Shown one piece after another: positions 38,072 through 49,797 of a stretch of 64,000 bases of DNA. The notes beneath the pieces are model-generated. The model did no database searches. It saw only the letters and a list, made by a program, of their open reading frames with translations, and was not told where the DNA came from. Location: NCBI GenBank assembly GCA_963792585.1, contig CAWBWI010000001.1, forward strand, positions 1,792,001 through 1,856,000, given 5' to 3'. Every line of letters begins with the position of its first letter. Position 1 is the first letter of the stretch. Both the position numbers and the translations under genes were made by a program. This stretch comes from Candidatus Eiseniibacteriota bacterium (GTDB lineage Bacteria > Eisenbacteria > RBG-16-71-46 > CAIMUX01 > VGJL01).

Positions 38072-39195
38072 TCGCCATCCTCGACCGCCGGTCTCACGAG
38101 GGTCGGCGATCCGACCGTCTCGGCCAGAGAACGGTAATGGGTCTTTCCCATCTCCCTCGCCCGATGCCATCCGGGAGACATCCTCCCGACCACGACCTGC
38201 GCGATCTCGAACATATTCCTCCGGAGCGGAAGGGTGGATCGCCAGGTGAGCATTAAGCGTTCCGCGTCCGGCTCGATCACGACTGTGTCGATAGCCCCCT
38301 CGGCGTCCTCGCGACTCCCGTCGTTACGGAAGAAGACGATCGGCATCTCGACCCTCGGAATGAGGAATCGTCTCAAGCCTTCCGGCGTCAAATTCGAAAG
38401 CGTCACTCGCTCGCCACCCTTTGGATATGGGATCTGCTGATCCGACGGAGCGGTCTGGTAGTACACCTCCTGAAAGTCCCCCGGCAGAAAGGGGCACACA
38501 TTCTGAAGCCAATTATCGTCATAAGTTCCTGCCAGGGCCGCGCGAGGATGCCACGCCCGGCCAATCGGGCCGAATGCCATTGGCCGGTACTTGCCCTTGG
38601 GGTTCATAACCCGCACGCCGGGAGCCTGGGTGTTCGGGAGCGGCGCACCTTGAATCGCCTTCCTCGCCAGGTTCGCATGGAAGCCGACACCGACATGATT
38701 CGTGAGGTAGGTTCGGTGCTTGCCTTCTTTCTTGTGCGAAGTATCCCGCCCGCCAAAGGCGTTGTTGTACGAGATCGGCATCGAGAGGAAAGGCCTCGGC
38801 CGGGACGTACCGAGCCACAAGAACCACTTCCACCACTTGCGATCGCCGGTCACCTCGATGGACTTGTCGACAGCTCCCAGTTGGAGTCGCACGTGCACTT
38901 TTCGGGCGGGTTTGCCGCCCGGTGCGTATGCCGAACCGTTGAGCAGCACGTCGCAACGGGGCTTGTGTGGTGCAAAGTCGCTCTCGTAAAGCGGGGCGGA
39001 AAGACCCGCCTCTCCGCTGAAGACATCCGACTCCGTGATCGGGACTTGCTCAGACGACGGGACGGGATCTGTGTCGTTCTTTCGGCTCAGAATCTGAAAC
39101 GTTCCCTTCACGACAACGACGAGGAGTTCTCGTCCTTCGGGCGAGAGACCCATAGTGCAGGCAGATGGAAATCCAGTTCCGTTCGTCAGATTCAT
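38068..39195 (-). CDS. DUF2169 T6SS effector adaptor / chaperone
   Basis: VVVVKGTF, YESDFAPHKPRCDVLLNGSAYAP, GDR.W, AFGG, FGPIGRAW.PR..LAGTYD..W, DTVVIEPD. Confidence 0.9.
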   Translation of the reverse strand: MNLTNGTGFPSACTMGLSPEGRELLVVVVKGTFQILSRKNDTDPVPSSEQVPITESDVFSGEAGLSAPLYESDFAPHKPRCDVLLNGSAYAPGGKPARKVHVRLQLGAVDKSIEVTGDRKWWKWFLWLGTSRPRPFLSMPISYNNAFGGRDTSHKKEGKHRTYLTNHVGVGFHANLARKAIQGAPLPNTQAPGVRVMNPKGKYRPMAFGPIGRAWHPRAALAGTYDDNWLQNVCPFLPGDFQEVYYQTAPSDQQIPYPKGGERVTLSNLTPEGLRRFLIPRVEMPIVFFRNDGSREDAEGAIDTVVIEPDAERLMLTWRSTLPLRRNMFEIAQVVVGRMSPGWHRAREMGKTHYRSLAETVGSPTLVRPAVEDGE

Positions 39196-39210
39196 AGTAG
39201 TCGTTCGGCC

Positions 39211-39666
39211 CTAGTTGATCTGGACGGAGCCGCCCTTGATCCGGTTCACGCCCGAGGACCTGCTCACGAGGTAAGATCCCCTCACCACGATCTTTCCATC
39301 CCGAGTCAGAACGATACTCGCCTTCCCGCACCGCAGGATGATCTGTCGCTTCCCCTCGAGGAGGATTGAGTCCCCGTCGATCTCCGCTTCCAGATCTGCG
39401 GGAGCGACTCCTGAAGGGGTTTGGATCACCCCGGCAATGATCGGCTTGTCCAGATCTCCGTCTTCATAGAACAGTGCCACCTGGCAGCCCACATGCTGCG
39501 GCCCTAGCCTGATGAGGGAACGCGCCGCCTTGCCGGTACCGTCCTTGTCGTGGGCTGCGACGGAGGGTGTCCCCATCTGGTCCACGTACACCAAGGTTGC
39601 CACCCTGATGGAGCCTTCTGCAGGAATCGAATTCTCGAGTGATTCCCTCAACTGGAATGGCTGCAT
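39211..39666 (-). CDS. DUF6484-like protein
   Basis: VALFYEDGDLDKPIIAG; LRCGKASIVLTRDGKIVVRG.Y.VSRSSG.NRIKGGSVQIN. Confidence 0.78.
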   Translation of the reverse strand: MQPFQLRESLENSIPAEGSIRVATLVYVDQMGTPSVAAHDKDGTGKAARSLIRLGPQHVGCQVALFYEDGDLDKPIIAGVIQTPSGVAPADLEAEIDGDSILLEGKRQIILRCGKASIVLTRDGKIVVRGSYLVSRSSGVNRIKGGSVQIN

Positions 39667-39668
39667 AG

Positions 39669-41899
39669 TCAATTCTCCAGAATGTTCTTCCCCTTGATCG
39701 TGATGTCACTGCTCGCCTTGATGTTGATCTTGCCGCTGGCCTTTAGGGTTATGTTCTTGGCTTCGATCGTCACATCTCCGGCCTTCGTCATCACGATTGA
39801 GGACTTACCGTTGCGGATTGAAATCGAGTCTCCCTTGGCCTCGATGGCGATTGTCTTCTTCGAGATGAGCGAATAGTCCTCGGTCGTGGTCTCGGCATGG
39901 GTGCCACCGATTGCCTCGGTGAAGTCTTCACCGATCTTGGTCTGTTTGGCTCCCGCCACGCTTTCGTTCCGACTTCCCCCAATCGTCTCAGACTTGTCGC
40001 CTCCGATCTTCTCCGAGTTCGACCCACCAACTTCTACGGCCTTCGCGGCACCCACCGTCTCGTTCATCGCGGCTCCTACGGTCACCTGATATACGGCGCC
40101 GATCGACAACGTCTTCTCCGCACCTACGGTCTCGGTGGAAGCGATCGCAATGGTCTCGGTTTTGTTCGAGCCGACGCTCAGGCTCATGTTCGCGCCGATC
40201 GTCTCATCGTGGTCCACCCCAACCGAGATCGTCTTGTTGGAACCGATCGTCTCGGACTGGTCGACGCCGACCGTCTTGGAACGGTTGTTCTTCACGTCGA
40301 TCGTTTCGTCGTGGCCAATCGACTCCGTGTTGTCGTTTCCGATCTTCTCCGTCTTGTCGTGCTCAATGACTGTGTTCCAGTCCTTCTGCCCGTGGAGGTA
40401 GACCTCCTCGCTCCCCGCGGCGTCCTCGAATCGAAGCTCGTTCGAACCGCCGCCCCCGGGGGAGCTGTTGGACTTGAAGCTGCTCATCGTTTTCGCCCCC
40501 GGCAGCCCGTAAGGGGGAGGACTCTCTCCGTTGTACACGCGCCCGACGATCAGCGGCTGATCCGGATCCCCTTCCAGGAAGTCGACCACGACCTCGTGGC
40601 CGATGCGCGGGATGATGACCATCCCGTAGCCGGCTCCACCCCATCCCTGGCTCACGCGAATCCAGCAAGAACTCTTGTCGTCCTTCTGGCCCGCGCGATC
40701 CCAATGGAATTGGACCTTCACCCGTCCGTACTCATCCGTGTGGATCTCCTCGCCGGCAGGTCCCACGACGATCGCAGTCTGAGGACCATCGACCACGGGA
40801 CGTGGCGTCCACCGCCGTGGCCGATAGGGCACGGAGTAGGGAGCGCACTCGAAGGAGTTCTGATAGACCGACTGCTCCGCCGGACCCGCCTGTTCTTCCG
40901 CCGCCTGTGGCTGGCTGCACCAGTGCTGCACGCGGAGGAGGACCCATTCCTGGTTCATCTCCGCCCAGGGATGATCCTCCAGCGTGAACTTGTATCCGGA
41001 GATCAGATGGGTGCAGTTCCCCTCGCCGAGCCCGAGCGCGCGTTCGGATCGGAATTCTGGAGGCGCACCTCGGCCAGATCCTTTCCGGTCGAGAGTTCCG
41101 TGTACTCACCGGGATAGTCGTACCACTCCAATTCGCTTTCGATGTCGGCTGCCTTCGCGTTCTCGACCTTGAGACTGGGCTTTTTGAAGTCGAAATCGCG
41201 GAGTGTAACTGCCCCGTGACGGATTTGGACCGAGTAGCGGAAGCGAGAGATCTGCTCCTGCTCGCCTACGCCGAGTCCCACATCCCTGAACGGGATGTTG
41301 GAGTTTCCCGGAGTCGGTTCGTGCACGGAGGAGACGTCCGCCATGACCAGCTTGTGAGCATCCTCCGTGTGCTCGAAGAAGTAGAAGATCCCCTCCTCCT
41401 CCATGAGGCGCGAGGCGAAGTTCCAGTCGCTCTCGCGGTACTGGACGCAGTACTCGCGAGCCTTGTGGCTGCCCTTCAGCCGGAAATCGTAGAGATCTGC
41501 TGTGATTCCGGCCTTGTCGAGGACTTCTTTCAGGATGTCCGGCACCGTCTTGTTCTGGAAGATCCGGCTCTGCCGGCGCAAGGTGAGGAGCCAGACCTTG
41601 GGCACCAGTCGCGCTTGATAGTTCGCGAATTGCCCCGCCCTCCCCGTTTGCTCGAAGCGGCAGACGATCCCGTGGACACACCGATCCCCCTCCTTGTCCT
41701 TCCAGGTCAACTTGGCGTCCTGCCCGACCACGGCGTCCAGATCGATCTCGTGATCCCGGCTACCGATGACGATGTCGAATCGGTACAGCTCGGAGATGCC
41801 CTCTGTTCCGTGGAAACTCAGAACGCGAAGATCATCGGAACCGTAGGGGCCGGCCTCGAACTCGAAGACCGGAGCGTTCTGGACTTGGTCGGATGCCAT
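39669..41899 (-). CDS. vgrG: VgrG spike protein; frameshift near 41058
   Basis: EGISELYRF, YCVQYRESD.NF.SRLMEEEGI, GPQTAIVVGP..EEIHTDEYGRVKVQFHWD, PRIGHEVVV.FLEGDPDQP, gp5 C-terminal 8-aa repeats. Confidence 0.95.
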
Positions 41900-41958
41900 G
41901 GTCGCCGCCCTTCCGTTTCTTCGGAACCCGCCGGGTTCAATCTCCCGAGTCGGACGTC

Positions 41959-43077
41959 CTACCGACCCGCGTCCTGCTTTCCGAGATCGAGGTAGGCCTG
42001 CAGTGCCCGCGTTCGATTCCCTGCGCCCGGATCCGCCGGGTTCAGATCACGAACCTCCTTCCAGGCAGCGGCCGCCGCCGCGTAGTCGCCTCGATCCTCG
42101 GCCTCGATCGCCTCTCCACTCTTCAGGAGCAGATCCAAGTAGACGGTCTTGACCTGCTGTTTCTTGTCGTTCAGATACGACTTCACGTTGCCCTGGAGAT
42201 CCCGCTTCTTCCCACCGGATGCGAGAAAGGTCTCCACTTCCGGGATGAGAAGATCGAGCAGGACCTTGCTCTCCAACTTGAAGAGGTCATCCGAGGAACG
42301 CACGGACATCGCGATCCCTTTGGACAGGAGCACCTCTCCGGTCTCGGTCTGCACCCAGCGGAGATCCAACCGGATGTGCTTCTCGTCAGTCTGCATGATG
42401 CTCCCAAAGAGAAACGACTGGGCCCCCGTGAGTTTTCCGAAGCGGACACGCGTTTCCGGATCCCCGATGACCCCCGCCTGCCCCATTTCGATCTCCTTGA
42501 GCAGGACGGCCAGACGCTGCCTGTCGACAATCTTCAGCGGGGTGACAGCCTGAAGGTCCGTCGTGATGACCTGTGTCAGGCCGCGTGCGAATCGATCGAG
42601 GTCATAGGCGCCCCGCACAATTGAGTTGTTCTCGATCTCCCCCACCGCAAGCGTGGTGATGTTCGATTCGGGGGCGCCTCCCGTAGCGCTGAGAACGCTG
42701 TCCCGCAGCGAATAGAAGAGCCGCACGACGGGAGGGGGCAGCAAGTCGGGTCGTGGGAGATCTGCGCCCGGATTCTCCGACAGAAGTTGCAGGAAGGAGG
42801 CGCGGGCCGGAGCTGTTTTGCCGGTCGACACGTAGATCGCTGCCAGGGTCGTCAAGACATCAGCTCTCTGATCGGCGGATAGGGATTCTCGTCCCGTGAG
42901 AACCGCCTGCCCGCACTGGATCGCTTCGGGGGCTCGCAACTCGAAGAAGAACGAGATCGGATCGTTGACGAATTGGGCCATTACCTCATTGGCCTGCGCC
43001 CCCGCAACTCCGGACGCAAGCGGGGCTGCCCAAGCGGCCAGGCCGATCGCCATGCGGTACGCGGTCCGCGCCATCAT
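41959..43077 (-). CDS. Exported CsgG/HfaB-like domain protein with TPR-like helices, located between tssH and vgrG
   Basis: Signal peptide; LAVGEIEN, LKIVDRQRL..LLKEI, FGKLTGAQSFLFGSI, LRWVQTETGEVL; start overlaps the tssH stop. Confidence 0.72.
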   Translation of the reverse strand: MMARTAYRMAIGLAAWAAPLASGVAGAQANEVMAQFVNDPISFFFELRAPEAIQCGQAVLTGRESLSADQRADVLTTLAAIYVSTGKTAPARASFLQLLSENPGADLPRPDLLPPPVVRLFYSLRDSVLSATGGAPESNITTLAVGEIENNSIVRGAYDLDRFARGLTQVITTDLQAVTPLKIVDRQRLAVLLKEIEMGQAGVIGDPETRVRFGKLTGAQSFLFGSIMQTDEKHIRLDLRWVQTETGEVLLSKGIAMSVRSSDDLFKLESKVLLDLLIPEVETFLASGGKKRDLQGNVKSYLNDKKQQVKTVYLDLLLKSGEAIEAEDRGDYAAAAAAWKEVRDLNPADPGAGNRTRALQAYLDLGKQDAGR

Positions 43078-45814
43078 CGGGTCACCTCCGGGGTTGGGCC
43101 GAAATCGAGGGTGAAGTTCTCATCCGGGCCGATTCCGACCCGCACCGAACTGGGAAGCGCGGCTTCGGCCATCCGTTCGAGGAGCGCGGTGGAGAGCATT
43201 GGAAGGAGCGTCTGCTGAATAATGTGGTCGATGTTCCTTGCCCCAGCGTCGACGTCGGTGCATCGCCTTGCGATCATCTCTTCCACCTCAGGATCGAACG
43301 TCATGCGCATCCGATGGCTGTCCTGCAGCCGACTTTCGATCTGGCGGAGCTTCAATCGCACGATCTGCTGCAGGAACTCCGGGGCGAGCGGGAAGAACGG
43401 CACGACTTGCATACGGCCCAGCAGCGCCGGCTTGAAGTGCTTCGACAGGATCGGGCGAATGGCGCTCACCACCTCGTCCCCCGTGGGGGGTACGGGACCC
43501 GAGCAAAGCTGCATGATCACGTCCGTCGCGAGGTTGCTCGTAAGGAAGAGAACCGTGTTCTTGAAATCGATGATCCGCCCCTCTCCGTCGGCAAGCATCC
43601 CCTTGTCGAAGACCTGATAGAAGATGTTCATCACTTCCGGATCGGCCTTCTCGACCTCGTCCAGCAAGACGACGGAGTAGGGGCGCTGGCGAACCGCCTC
43701 GGTCAGAACGCCCCCTTCGCCATACCCGACATATCCCGGAGGAGATCCCACGAGCCGGCTCACCGTGTGCTTCTCCTGGAATTCAGACATATTGATGGTC
43801 GTGACGAACCGCTCGCCGCCGAACATCAAATCGGCGACCACGAGCGCCGTCTCCGTCTTGCCCACTCCGCTTGGACCGACGAAGAGGAAGACGCCGATCG
43901 GGGTCCTCGGGTTCTTCATTCCCGCCCGCGCGGCCCGGATCCCCTTGTCCACGGCCTCCAGCGCTTGATCCTGCCCCTTGATCCGCTCAGCCATCCGCTG
44001 CTTGAACGTGAGGATGAGGGCTGCCTCGTCGCTGACCATCTTGCCCACGGGAATCCCCGTCCAGCTGCTGACGACCGAGGCGATCAGACGGGCGTCGACG
44101 TCGAGAGGAACCAAGGGGATCGGGCCCTGCATCCCGCGCAGCTCTGCCATCGCCTCGACGAGTTCGGCCTTGACCGTCGTTTCCTCTTCAGGAGAGAGCA
44201 GTCCCGTCCCGGGATTCTCCGACCCCGTCGACGCTGCGCCCGACGTAGAAGCGCGCGGGGATTCTGCCGGAGGATTGCCGTCACCCGGGGCCAGCGCCCC
44301 CTCGAGCCTCGCTCGCAGGGCTTTCACCTTCTCGACGGCCGCTTTCTCCTTCTCCCATCGACCGGCCAGCTCCGTGCGCTGCTCCGTTAGTGATTTCACT
44401 TCCTCCTCGATCTCGAGAACCCGAGGCGTCACCGCCTCCCCACGCACCACTTTCTCTCGGAGCAGCGCGTTGCGTTCGCGGTCGAGGGCCTGCAGCTTGC
44501 GGTCGAAGTCGTCTACGGATTCCGGAATGGTCGCCTGGCCGATCTTGACCCGCGCCGCGGCCGTGTCCAGGAGGTCGACCGCTTTGTCCGGGAGTTGACG
44601 ACCCGAGATGTAACGGCTCGAAAGACGCGCCGCGGCTTCAACGCCCTCTTCCAGGATTCTCACCTTGTGGGCGGCCTCGTACTTGTCCCGCAGGCCGCGC
44701 ATCATCCCGATCGCCGCTTCTTCCGACGGCTCGTCGAGCTTCACGACCTGGAAACGACGCTCGAGCGCGGCGTCCTTCTCGAAGTACTTCTTGTATTCCG
44801 ACCAGGTCGTCGCTGCGATGGTGCGAAGCTCCCCGCGCGCGAGGGCGGGCTTCAGCAGGTTGGCCGCGTCGCTGCCACCTGCAGTTCCCCCGCGCCGATC
44901 AGGGTGTGCGCCTCGTCGATGAAGGTGACGATCGGGGTCGGCGAGGCTTTCACCTCCGTGATCACGCCCTTCAGCCTGTTCTCGAACTCTCCGCGCACGC
45001 CCGCCCCCGCCTGCAGCAGCCCCAGGTCGAGGCTCAAGAGGCGCACATTCTTCAGGACATCGGGAACGTCGCCGCTCACGATCCTGAGCGCCAGGCCTTC
45101 GACGACGGCTGTCTTCCCTACACCCGGCTCACCAACGACGATCGGGTTGTTCTTCCGCCGGCGGGCGAGGATGTCGATCATCTGCCGGATCTCCCGGTCG
45201 CGACCGAAGACGGGATCGATTTCGCCCGCCCGCGCCCTTTCCGTGAAGTCGATCATGAAACGGCCGATCGCCGTCTCCTCAACGGGGCGTCCAGGCCGCC
45301 CGGCGGTCGGCTTCCCTCCTTCGGTCGCCGACGCCTCCGCTTCGCGAGAGCCGGTCGTGATTCGATAGAGATCGCCGCGCAGCTCGTCCCGCTTGATCCC
45401 CTCCAGCGGCCGAGAGAGATCGTCCGCCGTATACCGATCCGGGCGGAGCATCAACGCAAGAAGGAGCATTCCCGAACGAACCTGGGTGTCCTGATACTCC
45501 ACCGACGCAAGAACCCAGGCGTCCTGGATCCACTCGAGCAGAAGCGGAGAAAACACCGGCCTGCCCGAGTTGCCGGACCGCATGCGCTCGAGGTTGTGCT
45601 GGAGCGTGCCGAGGAGCGGGGCGGGGTTGATTCCGAAGTGCCGGAGGATCTGTTGCAAGTCCGCTTGTGGATCCTCGACCATCTGAAGCAGGAGATGCTC
45701 GGGTCCAACCTCGTAGTGGCCGCGAGAGATGCATAGCCCCGCCGCCGCCTCCAAGGACTTCGTGCAGTAGCCGTTTAGTTTCCGGATCAGACCCTTGATA
45801 TCGACGTCCATCAT
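43074..45814 (-). CDS. tssH: T6SS AAA+ ATPase TssH/ClpV; frameshift in the G-run near 44890
   Basis: [76 protein letters not shown]. Confidence 0.95.
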
Positions 45815-45837
45815 CTCATTCTCCTGCTCGTGGCATC

Positions 45838-46896
45838 TCACGCACTTCGGCGTGCGCCGTGCGCCGCCGTCAGAGGGTCGTATTCCCTTGTCTGGAACAC
45901 GCCCTCGCCTTGCTCGGCTCCGGAGGGCGACAACCAACTCATCTGCCCGAGGGCAAGGCCAAGCTCTGGTGATAGGCAAAGGGGTGGCACTTCTTCAGGC
46001 CGGATCACCATTCGTAGATCGAACTGAAGCGGATCGCATACGTAGAATCGGGTCAGCCGGACAATCCGATCGAATGCACCAGAACCCGGCAGAAAGGACT
46101 GATATTGCATCGCAGAAAGAGGAGACAGCGTGATCCTGAATCCACCCTCCATGTCCTGAACCGACTCTCCCAGGACCGCGTCCTCACCCAGCCGGCACCC
46201 ACCTTGGCCCAATCGCATGACTTGATCTGCCGGGATTCGGACCGTTCTTCGGATCAAAGATTCAATCTGAACTGGAGTCCCCTCGAAAAGCTCCCGAAGC
46301 ATGCATTCCAACCCGACGGCGGATCGGGGGCGAGTGTTGAGGAGTCCGGCGACCCGCAGGAACGAGAGCCACGAAGCCTCCAGGGCGGGGACCATTCCTT
46401 CGCTGCCCAATCCAACGAGCGAGAGCGTGGAGCGTGTGTAGCTGTCCGGCCCCTCGGGGGAGAAACGGATGTAGTGCCTGTACTTCTCCCACGCGGCGTA
46501 AATGAATGAGATGAACCGATGATGAAAGAGGTCCAGGAACTCGCGGAGGGTTTCGCCGTCAGTGCCCGACCAGATCAAGTCCTCCGTAAGGTGGGTCGGC
46601 ATCGGGGACGCTGGGCCGTAGAGCCCCATGAAGTCGACGGTCACTAGGTAGCGGGGCGGGCCGTCATCATCGAGCGCCGGGACGATATCGATCCCGCTTA
46701 CGTCGGACGCCGAGAACCCCAGGCTGGTCGCCGGCCGAAATCGCACCGTCTCCCGCCGGGGCGGCCCTGGCCCGCCCGGCGCGATCGCACCCTCGCCTTG
46801 GCGCAGGAGCAACTGCACGAGTTGGAAAAACGAGAACCTGTGGCCATCGGCCGCAAGGCGCTCGATCAGAGCAACTGCTGCCTGCCGGTCTTGCAT
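45838..46896 (-). CDS. tssG: T6SS baseplate TssG
   Basis: FSFFQLVQLL, FMGLYGPASPMP, FLDLFHHR, RLGEDAVLG; forms the C-terminal part of the 929-aa ORF. Confidence 0.9.
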   Translation of the reverse strand: MQDRQAAVALIERLAADGHRFSFFQLVQLLLRQGEGAIAPGGPGPPRRETVRFRPATSLGFSASDVSGIDIVPALDDDGPPRYLVTVDFMGLYGPASPMPTHLTEDLIWSGTDGETLREFLDLFHHRFISFIYAAWEKYRHYIRFSPEGPDSYTRSTLSLVGLGSEGMVPALEASWLSFLRVAGLLNTRPRSAVGLECMLRELFEGTPVQIESLIRRTVRIPADQVMRLGQGGCRLGEDAVLGESVQDMEGGFRITLSPLSAMQYQSFLPGSGAFDRIVRLTRFYVCDPLQFDLRMVIRPEEVPPLCLSPELGLALGQMSWLSPSGAEQGEGVFQTREYDPLTAAHGARRSA

Positions 46897-48627
46897 GGCC
46901 AGATGTGTACCTCTCCCCGTTGGGTTCCACGGACCGTAAGCTGGACGAAGGAGTTCAGACTCACATGAAGGCTCATGAACTCGCTCAGGACGCTCGCAAA
47001 GAGGTAGAGGTCGCCGTCGCCGGCGAAACAGGTCCTCTCGCAGGCCCACCTCGACTGCCGTTCCGCGCACGGGACAGCCCCGTACGAGGATATCTTTGGG
47101 AGCGGCGCGAATTGCTTCAATCCCCTCCAGACGCAGCGCGTTTGCGCGGAACGCGCGGGAATCTCGAGAGGCCTGGATGTTGTATAGACCCAGAATCCCG
47201 CGGAGCGCTTCGAGTTTGGTCAGCGACAGATAGGAAAGCGACATGTGCGAGATCAATCGCCAGTGCAGATCCCCATCCAAGGGAGGGGAAGCGGACATGG
47301 TCGGCACGGTCAGATTGCGGAACCGCACAAACTCGGGAGAGGAGTCGGTGGGGATCTGGATGTCTCCGGCCCTGAGGCCTTCGGGAAGTCGGCGGTTCGT
47401 GCAGGTCAGGTCGACCCCGATGATCTCGACCGATGGGATTGCCGCGGCCCCTCTAGCGTCCATGAAAGAGAGGTAGGTGTCGGACCGCCCGTCAACGACC
47501 GAGTTGCGTGATCGCGGGAGGTAGTAGGCGAATCCGTCCGTCCCCACCGGTCTGTGGGCGAAGGAATAGAAGGGGGGAATCTCGCGCTCCGTCGCGGTCC
47601 CCGGAAGCGAGCCCGCAACCCGGTCGATCGAGTGAACCTCGTAGTGAAGAGAGTTCTGTCCGGCGGGTCGCACTCGGTACTCGGCTTTCGTGCGGTCCAC
47701 CCGCATCGGGTCCGCTTCATGCGGAAAGAGGTTGACGATCGGGGTACAAAACAGCCGGACCTCCTCCTTGGTCGGACGGAGGGTCGTAGGAAGCGCCCGG
47801 TCGAATCGAATCTCCACCCAGAATCGATCCTCCACGGCGAGCTCGGGGAGCGCTTGCAGGCCCTCCAGATCCAGGAACAAGAACTTCTCCGGCAGGGAGA
47901 AGTACTCCTGCAGGAGCCGGTATCCCGGAAGCGACCGGATTGGATACGGAAGGAGCGCCCCGTCCTCCTCAAACCCCGACGCGAGGATGCGGATCGGGCG
48001 AGACGCTTCGCCGGGGCTACGACCGTCCGGATTCGAGGCGGTCGCCACAGCGTCGACTACATGGGTGCGAAGATGGTAATAGAGTGCGAGTGCCAGGGCG
48101 GGGTCGCCGTGCAGGTAGAGGCGCACCCGATTCAGATCGAGGACCTCCGGCTTCACCTGATTCCAGATCCTGAAACCGAGTCGCATGCGGGACGGCCCGG
48201 CGCCGGTTACCTCGAGCTGCACTTGCTCTAGCGAGATTGGGTTCAAGACGACGTCGTATGCGGTGCGAAAACGACATGCGGTCCCCTCTACCGGCACCGA
48301 CTGCACCTCCACCCCTCGAGCCACTCGCTGGGACTGGCGGAGAGCGGGCAGAACCGGTTGAAACTCGAGGATCGACATGGAAGGAACGGGCCTCAGGTAA
48401 TGCGGCCAGAGGAGACCCATCAGAGCGTGAGTGACCTCCGGCAGCTCATCATCGAGTTTCTGTCGGATTCGGCCCGCGATGAAGGCGAAGCCTTCGAGCA
48501 GCCGCTCTACGTCCGGATCGCTTCCAGGAGTGGAGAGGAAATGAGCGGCGGCCGGATGGGCACGGGCGAACTCGGTCCCAAGCTCCCTCAGGTAGAGCAG
48601 CTCATCTTGGTAGTACCTGTTGAACAT
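46866..48627 (-). CDS. tssF: T6SS baseplate TssF; frameshift near 47028
   Basis: YYQDELLYLRELG.EF, DPDVERLLEGFAF, YRLLQEYF..PEKF, CTPIVNLF; true end GDLYLFASVL...NSF..L...WP lies in the 46866..47120 frame. Confidence 0.92.
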
Positions 48628-48695
48628 GGGCGGGCGCGCGCCCTCCTCTCCATGGCGGACTCAGCATTCCGGATGAGGAACGCCCGGACATTCCG

Positions 48696-49112
48696 TCACC
48701 CCTTCAGCAGCACCCTTCCGCTCGAGTCGATCTTCGTTTCGAACCAGACCGAGGTCTTCTCCTCCGATGTCACCAACTCGGCGGTAATCTCGAGGCGCAA
48801 AGAGAAGATCTCATCCGTCGGACCGCTCTGCTTCACCGTGACGCGACGAAGGCGCGGTTCATACTTCTCTACGGCCACCTTGATCGCCGCTCGCATCCTC
48901 GCCGACGCCTCCGGAAAGCTGTGCAGCAAGTCGGCGAGATCAGGTATCCCGTAGTCCGACTGAATCGGGGTGATCCCGTGTCGCGAATTCAGGAGCCGCT
49001 CGAGGTTGGCGAGGACCGAATCCGCGAGCCGCGCTGTATTCTCGCGGATCGCGGGTACTCGATCGCTCTGTGGATCCCGCAATCGTTCAAGCAGGCTCCG
49101 CTCCCGTGGCAT
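48696..49112 (-). CDS. tssE: T6SS baseplate TssE (gp25-like)
   Basis: SLLERL, NLERLLNSR, DYGIPDL, YEPRL. Confidence 0.92.
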   Translation of the reverse strand: MPRERSLLERLRDPQSDRVPAIRENTARLADSVLANLERLLNSRHGITPIQSDYGIPDLADLLHSFPEASARMRAAIKVAVEKYEPRLRRVTVKQSGPTDEIFSLRLEITAELVTSEEKTSVWFETKIDSSGRVLLKG

Positions 49113-49187
49113 TCTTCACCCTCAGGCGATGCCACCCCGCTGGGAGGACACCACCGGACGCCGTCCTCGGTCGTTACCCGTCTGGAC

Positions 49188-49680
49188 CTAGGTCTGAGCC
49201 GACCAGGTGTCCTCGTGCGTGATTCCTCCGTTCGTGTAGGTCCAGCTGATCGTGTGGAACTGGAACGAGATCTCCTCGAGAGGAGGATCCATGGACGAGG
49301 CAGGATCAATGCAATCCGGCGACACCGCCTTGAAGGACGACACCCGTCCCTGCTTGATTTCGACGGTGTAGAACTGCTCCGTCGTTCCGTCTCCCGTTGG
49401 GTTCGGCCTGAAGAATTTGAAGATGCCGTCAATCACCTCGTTGCGGACCAGCGCCTTGTAGATGAGCGGGGTCGACTTGTCGATCCTCTTGCGGATGATG
49501 AGCGGCTCGTAACTTCGACGACCCGTCGCCGCTCCGCTTCCCGCTTCGCGCGCGGTACGCACGGAACTCTCGAAGTAAACACATTCGATGCTGTCCTGCC
49601 TCCCCAGGGAGGTTTGCGTGCTTTCGCCCTTTATGTCTGCTCCGTTCGCCTTCAGGTAGAGATGGACTGGTTTCCGCCAT
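49188..49680 (-). CDS. hcp: Hcp (TssD) tube protein; extra base in the first codons
   Basis: AAGGAG RBS then ATGGCGGAAACCAGTC; corrected N-terminus MAE(T/P)VHLYLKANG.DIKGES; IRKRIDKSTPL and EEISFQFHTISW. Confidence 0.92.
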
Positions 49681-49797
49681 GGTTCCCCACTCCTTGGGTG
49701 GCAGTCTTCAAACCTTCGGTGCGGGCGCGCCACCGATTCACCCCCCGATTGCCTCCATGCGGCCGCCTCGACGACTCTCAAGACCTCAGGGCGCGAC

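Noticed and set aside
45838..48627. Apparent TssF-TssG fusion (929 aa)
   Set aside because: Produced by one extra base near 47028; the normal TssF C-terminus and stop exist in the adjacent frame.
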